Below, piece by piece: positions 1 through 6,433 of a stretch of 32,000 nt of DNA. Positions within the stretch are counted from its first letter, which is position 1. Each line of letters begins with the position of its first letter. A model generated the notes under the pieces. The model was not told where the DNA came from, made no database searches, and saw nothing but the letters and a program-made list of their open reading frames with translations. This DNA comes from Kineococcus radiotolerans SRS30216 = ATCC BAA-149 (lineage in GTDB: Bacteria; Actinomycetota; Actinomycetes; Actinomycetales; Kineococcaceae). Both the position numbers and the translations under genes were made by a program. The stretch is from assembly GCF_000017305.1 (NCBI RefSeq), contig NC_009664.2, positions 4,440,001 through 4,472,000 of the forward strand, read 5' to 3'.

Positions 1-936
1 TTCGACAAGACCCAGCGAGCCGGGGCGCCGGCGCCGGTGCTCATCCTGGACATGTCCACCTCCGGGCAGGTCTCCTGGGTCTCCTCCCTGCTCGCCGGCC
101 CGGAGCAGGCTGCGGCCGTGGAGGCGCTGCGGGTGCTGGACCAGGACTCGATCAAGGCCGCGATCTTGCGCAAGGCGTGCCGCACCCTGAAGGAGGCCTC
201 CGAGTCCGCCTTCCGGCTGGGCGACACCCTGAACACGATGGTGGTCTTCGACGAGGCGTGGCGCTACGCCCCGCCGCTGCACCTGGCCGGCGACGAGGAG
301 ATCAAGGCCCTCTCGGCCGACATCGCCGGCTACTTCCGCGACACCCGCAAGTTCGGTATCGGCTGGACGCTGATCAGCCAGTCCCCCCGCAGCGTGAACG
401 CGGACTGCTTCGACCAGATGGCGGTGCGCATCATGGGCTACGGCCTCGGTGGTGCGGACCTGGCCAAGGTCGCCGAGCAGATGGACGACCCGGAGCACCT
501 GAAGCTGTACCGGGCCTTCGCCCCGCCGGACTCCACCAAGCCCAAGGTGTACCCCTTCATGGTGACCGGCCCCGTCTCGCCGCTGTCCTTCACCCGGGCG
601 CCGGTGTTCCTGGCCGCCTACACCGACTTCGAGACCTTCCGCAGCGACAACCATCCGTGGATCAGCCAGGCCCGCCGCAGTCAGGGTCTGCCGGTCCTGT
701 CCGGCGTCCCCCAGCTGAGGGGCACCGGGCCGGTCGTGGCCGCCCGGGTCCCACGCCCCACTGCCACGGCCGGTCCTGTGAAGGGTGCTGCGGGGACGAA
801 GGAGGCGATGGAGCGGGTCCGCGAGAACGCCGCCACCGGTGGGATCGCCCCTGGTGCCTTCGCCGGGCTGGCCGGCGACACCTGGTTCGGCGGGGGACTG
901 GGCAGCATCGACGACGACGACCCGCCGCCGTTCTGA
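1..936 (+). CDS. FtsK/HerA/VirB4-superfamily P-loop ATPase, C-terminal part (5' end lies outside the window)
   Basis: Frame 1 is open from base 1 (FDKTQRAGAPAPVLILDM...), so the listed 37..936 ORF is only the in-window tail. There is a Walker-B-like VVFDEAW at 241-261, followed by a RDTRKFGIGWTLISQSPRSV block typical of DUF87/HerA-like and VirB4-like ATPases. The last ~80 aa are Gly/Pro/Ala-rich and end in DDDDPPPF. Confidence 0.7.
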   Translation, partial: FDKTQRAGAPAPVLILDMSTSGQVSWVSSLLAGPEQAAAVEALRVLDQDSIKAAILRKACRTLKEASESAFRLGDTLNTMVVFDEAWRYAPPLHLAGDEEIKALSADIAGYFRDTRKFGIGWTLISQSPRSVNADCFDQMAVRIMGYGLGGADLAKVAEQMDDPEHLKLYRAFAPPDSTKPKVYPFMVTGPVSPLSFTRAPVFLAAYTDFETFRSDNHPWISQARRSQGLPVLSGVPQLRGTGPVVAARVPRPTATAGPVKGAAGTKEAMERVRENAATGGIAPGAFAGLAGDTWFGGGLGSIDDDDPPPF

Positions 937-1126
937 CCGCGCCGTGGCGCTCGCGTGCCGCCGCTCGCTGGGACGGTCCGGGACGTCCGCGTCGCCCGGG
1001 CTCACTTCCGTGAGGCTCCGGAGGCCTCGCCTCGTGTCGGTCCGGCATGGGTCCCTGCACGGCGCGGCGCCGCCGGCACGTCAGTGAGCCCGGCGTGCCG
1101 CCTGCCCAGTGAGACATCATGTCCGA

Positions 1127-1156
1127 CGGTGCCCCTACGGTCGGTGCCCTTACGGT
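1127..1156. repeat. Two tandem 15-bp repeats (CGGTGCCCCTACGGT / CGGTGCCCTTACGGT) in the ATPase-mre11 spacer
   Basis: Counted directly: copy 1 is 1127-1141 and copy 2 is 1142-1156, with 14/15 identity. They lie ~40 bp upstream of the mre11-like start. Confidence 0.8.
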
Positions 1157-1197
1157 GTCGGCCGAGCAAGTGATCACGGTTGAAGGAGCTAGCGCAG

Positions 1198-2745
1198 GTG
1201 AGTGAGCCCGTCTACGAGGTCGGCTTCGTGGCCGATGCCCACCTCGGCTACGCCGCCCGGTGCGGCTCCCACCCGGCCTCAGGACTGAACCACCGGGTTC
1301 GCGACGGCTACCTGAGCTACCGCGCGGTCGTGCGGGACATGATCGCCAAGGAGGTGGACCTGGTCATCGACGGCGGGGACACCTTCCACCAGTCCCACCC
1401 CAGCATCGGGGCCATCGTCTGGGCCCGCCGGCAGATGGAAGCCCTCGCCGCCGCGGGCATCCCCGTCATCGGCAACACCGGCAACCACGACGCCTCGGCA
1501 GACCGCAGCAAGTCCCCGGCCACCGCAGCCATCAACGACCCCGCCCGCGGCATCGACTACGTCACCGAGCCCTACAGGGTCTTCGAGCCCCTCGAAGGTC
1601 TGGCCGTCCACATGATCAGCCACTACGGGCTGGCGCAGAGCGAGCGCCTGCTGCCCGAGCCGATCGACGGGGTCGTCAACCTGCTCTCTGCGCACGGGGC
1701 GGCGATGCTGCCCGGGCACGAGGTGTTCCGCTCGGTGGACTCCCCCGGGGAGGTGCCGATCGGGCTGGACATCCTGGCCGATGACCGGTTCGCGTTCAAA
1801 GCGCTCGGCCACTACCACGGCATGGGGGAGATCCTGCCCAACGTCTGGTACGCCGGCTCGCTGGTGCGGCGCGGGTTCGCCGACCCCGCGGGAGGTCGCG
1901 GCTGGCTGCTGTGCAAGGTGTTCGCCGACGGTCAGGTGGTGGTGGAGCCGCAGTACATCGACCAGCGCCCGCAGTTCGACCTGCCGCGCATCGACGCCAA
2001 GGGCAAGACCGGGGCGCAGGTCGAGGAGGAGATCCGCGCCAACCTGGAGACCGTGGACGTCGCCAACGCGATCATCCGCCAGGTCGTGGTCAACTGCTCG
2101 ACCAGCACACGCCGGGGCATCGACCAGCCGGCCCTGGCCAAGCTGACGGAGTCGGCGTTGATGTGGATGCCGGACTTCGTGCGCCCTCAAGCCTTCGATC
2201 AGACCCTTGATCGAGTCAGTGACCAATTGATCGATCCCGTCACCGGCCTGGTGGTCGACTCGGTCGGTGACGGCGTCACGGAAGCAGTCCCTGGAGCGGC
2301 TGCCGCAGTGGTCGCCGCGCGGACTGCCGACAGCGTCGCAGCGTCGCTGACGAGTGCCGGATCAGCCGATCTGCCCACGGTGTACGGATCCTGGGTGGAG
2401 GACTACGCGAGCGCTGTGGGTCTGGCGCAGGAGATGAAGCCAACCGTGATCACCGAGGGGATCCGGCACCTGAAGGCTGCGTCCCAGTTCGTCGAGACCG
2501 GTGACTTCGCCATCCCCGACGCCCGCGCCCGGCGCAGTGAACAGGAGCAGACCGCGGCTGAGCAGACACAACGTCTGCGGGCTGCAGCGCGGCGTTCCCC
2601 CTCTCAGGCCGTGGCCGGTGCAGACGTGCCGGGCACCAGCCCAGACACCAGCCCAGACACCAGCCCAGACACGAACCCAGGCGCAGGTGCGGATCCGGCA
2701 CCTGGGGTCCCCACGGACGCCGGCGCCGGGGAGGGGCTCTTCTGA
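1198..2745 (+). CDS. sbcD: Mre11/SbcD-family metallophosphoesterase nuclease with a long low-complexity C-terminal extension
   Basis: All six calcineurin-like/Mre11 motifs are readable: VADAHLG (DxH), DGGDTFH, GNTGNHD, ISHYG, LSAHG, GHYHG. The GTG at 1198 is preceded by AAGGAG (1183-1188), which makes it a better start than the track's TTG at 1180. The stop TGA (2743-2745) overlaps the ATG of the next gene by 1 nt. Confidence 0.85.
   Translation: MSEPVYEVGFVADAHLGYAARCGSHPASGLNHRVRDGYLSYRAVVRDMIAKEVDLVIDGGDTFHQSHPSIGAIVWARRQMEALAAAGIPVIGNTGNHDASADRSKSPATAAINDPARGIDYVTEPYRVFEPLEGLAVHMISHYGLAQSERLLPEPIDGVVNLLSAHGAAMLPGHEVFRSVDSPGEVPIGLDILADDRFAFKALGHYHGMGEILPNVWYAGSLVRRGFADPAGGRGWLLCKVFADGQVVVEPQYIDQRPQFDLPRIDAKGKTGAQVEEEIRANLETVDVANAIIRQVVVNCSTSTRRGIDQPALAKLTESALMWMPDFVRPQAFDQTLDRVSDQLIDPVTGLVVDSVGDGVTEAVPGAAAAVVAARTADSVAASLTSAGSADLPTVYGSWVEDYASAVGLAQEMKPTVITEGIRHLKAASQFVETGDFAIPDARARRSEQEQTAAEQTQRLRAAARRSPSQAVAGADVPGTSPDTSPDTSPDTNPGAGADPAPGVPTDAGAGEGLF
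2635..2670 (+). repeat. Three perfect in-frame 12-bp tandem repeats (ACCAGCCCAGAC) encoding (TSPD)3 in the Mre11 tail
   Basis: Counted directly: 2635-2646, 2647-2658 and 2659-2670 are identical. Confidence 0.9.
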
Positions 2746-5234
2746 TGATCACCATCGAATCGGTGGAGCTGGTCAACGTCCGCTCCATCGGCCGGGCCGT
2801 CGTCGAGCCGCTCGTCGACGGCGGAGTGACCGCCCTGAACGGCCCGCGCGGGGTGGGCAAGTCCACGGTCCTGATCGGCTTGCTGTACGCCCTGTTCGGC
2901 ACGACGCCCGACGGGGTACCGGCTCAGGCGCTGCGCCGACAGGGCAGTGAAGGTGAGGTCAAGATCGTCGTCACGTTCGTGCACGACGGTCAGCGCATCG
3001 TCCTCGAACGCGGCCTGAAGGGCAGGAACGACACCCCGTACGCCAAGGTCACCCTGAACGGTATCGAGCAGACCGTCGGCAAGATCAAAGCCGCGAACGA
3101 GTGGGTGATCCGCCGTTTCGGGGACCTGGACGCCACGGGATTCCTGGCTGCTTTCGTCGTGCGCCAGAAGGAGCTGGACGCGCTGGTCAAGGCCCGCGCC
3201 GCGGACCGGCGTGCGCTGTTCGAGCGCCTTGCGGGCATCGACCGGATGAGCGATGCCGTCAAGACCGCCCGCGCGGAGGAGACCGCCGCCAAGACCACCC
3301 TGGAGCACCTGCCCGGCTCCGCCGAGGAAGCCGCCGCCGCCCGCACCGACCTTCAGCGTGCCCAGGAACACGCCGCTACGGCCTGGAAGGACTTCGAGGC
3401 CGCCAGCGCCGCCGTCGGTGCTGAGGACCAGGCCCTCGCACAGGCCACCGAGCACTTCGAGGACGTCACGGCCCGGGTCCGCGCCCACCAGGAAGCCGCC
3501 CAGACCGCCCAACAGGTCGAGCACCACCGGGTCCTGACCGCCGAACGCGCCCAGCACGCCGCCCGCGAGGTCGACCGGCTCACCGCCGCCTCCGCCGGCG
3601 GCACCGCCGAAGCCGTCCACGCCGCCCGCGCCGCGCTGACCCAGGCTCAGCAGGCCGTCGCCGAGAACCAGGCCGCCCGTGCGGCCGCCCGCACGGCCAC
3701 CGCCGCTGCCACCGCCGACGCGCGCCGGGCTCAGCAGGCCCAGGCGGCAGCAGCACGAGCACGGACGGCGCTCACCGCGGCAAGCGCTGAGGCCGACAAG
3801 CAGGCCCGGCTGACTACCGCCGTCCCGGCGGACCTGCCCCAGCAGCTCCAGGCCGCCAACGCCCGGGCCGGCGAGCTGCAGGAACAGCGAGGGGTGTTGC
3901 GCGGGGAGTACCAGCGCCTCGAAGGATCCATCAAAGCCCTCAGCGCCACGGTGGACCCCACCTGCCCGACCTGCTCCACAGCCCTGGCCGACCCCCAGGA
4001 GCTGCTGCAGACCCTGCGCACAGCCCTGGACCGCGTCCGTGAGCAAGGGGTGACGGCCAAAGCCCAGCAGGAACAGGCCGCCGAGCGAGCACAGGCGCTG
4101 GCCGCGCAGATCGCCCAGGCCCAGCAGATCCAGCAGGCCGCCGAGTTCGCCCGACAGCAGCACCAGGCAGCGCTCGCGGCCGCGCAGGAGGCCGAAGCCG
4201 CCGCGGACTTGTTGCAGGCCGAGGCCGAGGCCAGCGCTCAGGATGCGCGGCAGGCGCAGACACGGGCGGAGGCGGCGGTGGCTGCCGAAGGCGGGGTACG
4301 AACCGCGTTCGAGGCCGCCTCGGCCAGGCTGCGCCAGGCCGAGTCAGCCGCCGAAGCCGCTGCGGCGCTGGCGCAGGCACTGGCCACGGCGGAGGAGGCG
4401 CAGACCGCAGCGGCCGCCGCGGTCACCGCCGCTGAGCAGGCCGCCGCGCTGGCTGCCGCCGCGGCCGTTCCCGACACTGAGCGGGTGCAGGCGCAGGCGA
4501 TGCTGACGGCGGCCGGTCAGCGCGTGCAGGAGCTGCGCTCGGCGATGCAGGCCGCGCAGGCCGAGCACCGGCTGGCGGAGCAGCAGGTCAAGCACAGTGA
4601 GATGGCCCGGGACCAGGCTGAGCTGCGGCTGAAGAACCGGGCCGCCGCCGCCGCGGAGTACGAGCGGCGGACCGCGGTGCGCGAGGCGCTGGACACCTTC
4701 CGCAAGGACCGGATCGCGCGCCTGGCTCCGGAGGTCTCGGAGGTGGCCACCGACCTGATCGCGCGGATGACCAGCGGCCGCTACGTCTCGATCGAGCTGG
4801 ACGAGGAGTTCACCGCGGCGGTCACCGACGACACCGGCCAGACGCGTCCGGTCACCTGGCTCTCCGGAGGCGAGGAGTCCGTCGTGGCCTTCGCGTTGCG
4901 GGTGGCGCTGGGTGAGCTGTGGGCCGGTCAGCGCGGAGGGCTGCTGTTCCTCGACGAGCCGTTCACCGCGCAGGACGTCGCCAGCCGGACGGCGATGATG
5001 GCCGCCATCCGGGACCTGCCGAACCGGCAGGTCATCATCATCAACCACGCCTCCGAGGCCACCGACATGGTGGACCTGGTCCTCAACGTCGTGCCCGACG
5101 ACGAGACCGGCGCCCGGATCGAGGGAGCCTCCGCGTTCATCGAGATGCCCGAAGCGGTGTTGGCCGGCATCGACGAGGACGACCTCACGCCGGGTCCGAT
5201 CGCCTCGGACGATCGTTCGGCGAGCATTCCGTGA
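2745..5234 (+). CDS. sbcC: Rad50/SbcC-family SMC-like ATPase with coiled coil and zinc hook
   Basis: Readable motifs: N-terminal Walker A GPRGVGKST (2841-2867); Q-loop-like VVRQKE; a ~550-aa Ala/Gln/Glu-rich coiled-coil region; a central CPTC hook at 3963-3974 (residues 407-410 of 829); C-terminal signature LSGGE (4860-4874); Walker B LLFLDEPF (4941-4964); H-loop-like IIINHASE. Confidence 0.9.
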   Translation: MITIESVELVNVRSIGRAVVEPLVDGGVTALNGPRGVGKSTVLIGLLYALFGTTPDGVPAQALRRQGSEGEVKIVVTFVHDGQRIVLERGLKGRNDTPYAKVTLNGIEQTVGKIKAANEWVIRRFGDLDATGFLAAFVVRQKELDALVKARAADRRALFERLAGIDRMSDAVKTARAEETAAKTTLEHLPGSAEEAAAARTDLQRAQEHAATAWKDFEAASAAVGAEDQALAQATEHFEDVTARVRAHQEAAQTAQQVEHHRVLTAERAQHAAREVDRLTAASAGGTAEAVHAARAALTQAQQAVAENQAARAAARTATAAATADARRAQQAQAAAARARTALTAASAEADKQARLTTAVPADLPQQLQAANARAGELQEQRGVLRGEYQRLEGSIKALSATVDPTCPTCSTALADPQELLQTLRTALDRVREQGVTAKAQQEQAAERAQALAAQIAQAQQIQQAAEFARQQHQAALAAAQEAEAAADLLQAEAEASAQDARQAQTRAEAAVAAEGGVRTAFEAASARLRQAESAAEAAAALAQALATAEEAQTAAAAAVTAAEQAAALAAAAAVPDTERVQAQAMLTAAGQRVQELRSAMQAAQAEHRLAEQQVKHSEMARDQAELRLKNRAAAAAEYERRTAVREALDTFRKDRIARLAPEVSEVATDLIARMTSGRYVSIELDEEFTAAVTDDTGQTRPVTWLSGGEESVVAFALRVALGELWAGQRGGLLFLDEPFTAQDVASRTAMMAAIRDLPNRQVIIINHASEATDMVDLVLNVVPDDETGARIEGASAFIEMPEAVLAGIDEDDLTPGPIASDDRSASIP

Positions 5235-5354
5235 CGTCGCCCGCGTCGAAGTCGCGATAATCAATAGTCAGGCGAGTGCGACGCCTGTGACCGCGGTCTC
5301 GCCCTCACCTTGCAGCCCAATGTTTCGCTGCTGGACCCGGACGGGGTGTAGGAG

Positions 5355-6227
5355 TTGATCGGCTACCCCTACAGGACCCTGCCGCGGTCGCTGCTGGCGT
5401 GGCTGACGACGGAGGCGGTGCGGACGAAGAGCCGCACCATCCCGCTGGGGGAGTCCCTCAGCGACTTCTGCCGCCAGCTCGAGCTGCCCATCACCGGGCT
5501 GCAGATCCGCCGGCTGAAGGACCAGGCCCGGCGGCTGTTCAACGCCCGCCTCTCCGTGCACTACGTCGAACACCTCGAGACCGACCCATCCCCGCGAGGA
5601 CAGCGTCGTCAGGTGCGTCAGGAGGCGGGGCAGAACCTGCTCATCGCCTCCCGCTACGAGCTGTGGACCACCACCCAGCGCAGCGCCAAGACGTCCGAGC
5701 TCGAGGCGGCCGCTGAGCCCACCGCGAAGCCGGCCGTGCGGCGTGGCACCAAAGCAGACGCCGCCCAAGCCGCCGCCCAGAGCGCTGCCCAGACTGGCGC
5801 CGCCCAGCGGGGTGCGAAGCCAACGGCAGTGACGGTGGAGACCAGCTTGCCCTCCAGCGTCACCCTCAGCGCGGAGCTGTACGAGGAAGTCACCCACCGC
5901 CCCGTCCCCGTCGACATCGGCGCGCTGCGGCTGCTGCGCGGCTCCCCGTTGCGCTTGGACGTGTACACGTGGCTGACGTACCGGATGAGCTACCTGCGCA
6001 AGCCCGTGGTCGTTACCTGGGAGCAGCTGCGGTTCCAGTTCGGCACCCAGGTCTCCACCCCACGTGGCTACCGGCACTTCCGGGCGGACTTCTCCGAGGC
6101 GTTGCGGTGGGTGCTGGCTATCTACCGGGAGGCGAAGGTGGACGAGGTCGGCAACGGGATCCGCCTGCGGCCCTCTCCACCGCACGTGGGACGTGGCAAG
6201 CGGCCCGCGCTGAACCAGCGCGGCTGA
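5355..6227 (+). CDS. repA: Plasmid RepA-family replication initiator-like protein (RepA_C type), possibly N-terminally short
   Basis: The blocks LPRSLLAWLTTEAVRTKSRTIPLGESLSDF and VPVDIGALRLLRGSPLRLDVYTWLTYRMSY...WEQLRFQFG match my recollection of the plasmid-encoded RepA family. The TTG start comes immediately after an in-frame TAG. The 3' end overlaps a 13-bp tandem repeat array. An Ala/Gln-rich low-complexity insert sits mid-protein. Confidence 0.7.
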   Translation: MIGYPYRTLPRSLLAWLTTEAVRTKSRTIPLGESLSDFCRQLELPITGLQIRRLKDQARRLFNARLSVHYVEHLETDPSPRGQRRQVRQEAGQNLLIASRYELWTTTQRSAKTSELEAAAEPTAKPAVRRGTKADAAQAAAQSAAQTGAAQRGAKPTAVTVETSLPSSVTLSAELYEEVTHRPVPVDIGALRLLRGSPLRLDVYTWLTYRMSYLRKPVVVTWEQLRFQFGTQVSTPRGYRHFRADFSEALRWVLAIYREAKVDEVGNGIRLRPSPPHVGRGKRPALNQRG

Positions 6228-6280
6228 CGCACGTGGCTGACGCACGTGGCTGACGCACGCGGCTGACGCACGCGGCTGAG
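6222..6280. repeat. Iteron-like array: 4 full plus 1 partial copies of a 13-bp unit GGCTGACGCACG(T/C)
   Basis: Counted directly: 6222-6234, 6235-6247, 6248-6260 and 6261-6273, with a partial copy at 6274-6280. The array starts on the repA stop codon (TGA 6225-6227). Degenerate copies lie at ~6181-6198 and ~6289-6300. An exact rotated unit (CACGTGGCTGACG) lies inside repA at 5966-5978. Confidence 0.85.
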
Positions 6281-6433
6281 ACGTAGGGCGTAACGCACGG
6301 GACGGACGTTCGTGGCCGACGCGTGGGGTCGAGAGTCGGTATCTCTTGCGTCCGGTGATTCTTCTGCGTTCACTGACCACGACGAATCTCCTCCACGGTC
6401 GACCACCCGCCCTTTGAGAACCGGAGCACCGCC

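Noticed and set aside
1080-1090. An exact inverted copy of the 11-mer GGCTCACTGAC (the core of the 7.6-kb repeats) in the ATPase-mre11 spacer, suggesting a shared regulator linking the nuclease and replication modules.
   Set aside because: A single 11-mer match among several kb of GC-rich intergenic DNA is expected by chance. Related 8- to 12-mers (TCACTGAC...) also occur at ~11457 and ~21121 in unrelated contexts. I noted it but it is not strong enough to claim.
955-1173. A 72-aa ORF in the ATPase-mre11 spacer, considered as a possible missing small subunit or NurA substitute.
   Set aside because: The product is basic and Pro/Arg-rich, third-position G/C use is mixed, there is no RBS and no motif. 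It is also far too small for NurA. I treat it as non-coding spacer.
3963-3974. The CPTC in Rad50 considered as a possible metal-binding or redox site unrelated to a hook.
   Set aside because: Its position at the exact middle of the coiled coil (residues 407-410 of 829) fits the canonical CxxC zinc hook of Rad50/SbcC. It is an ordinary family feature.
2604-4163. A 519-aa ORF on the minus strand overlapping rad50.
   Set aside because: It is the antisense shadow of a well-supported Rad50 gene. The sequence is Gly/Leu/Arg-rich and low in complexity with no motifs, which is typical of a high-GC frame artefact. The same reasoning applies to 1279..2226(-), 4344..5264(-), 5268..6461(-), 10015..11091(+), 17300..18094(-), 18851..20053(-), 23269..24000(-), 24091..25137(-), 26123..27370(-) and 27163..27777(+).
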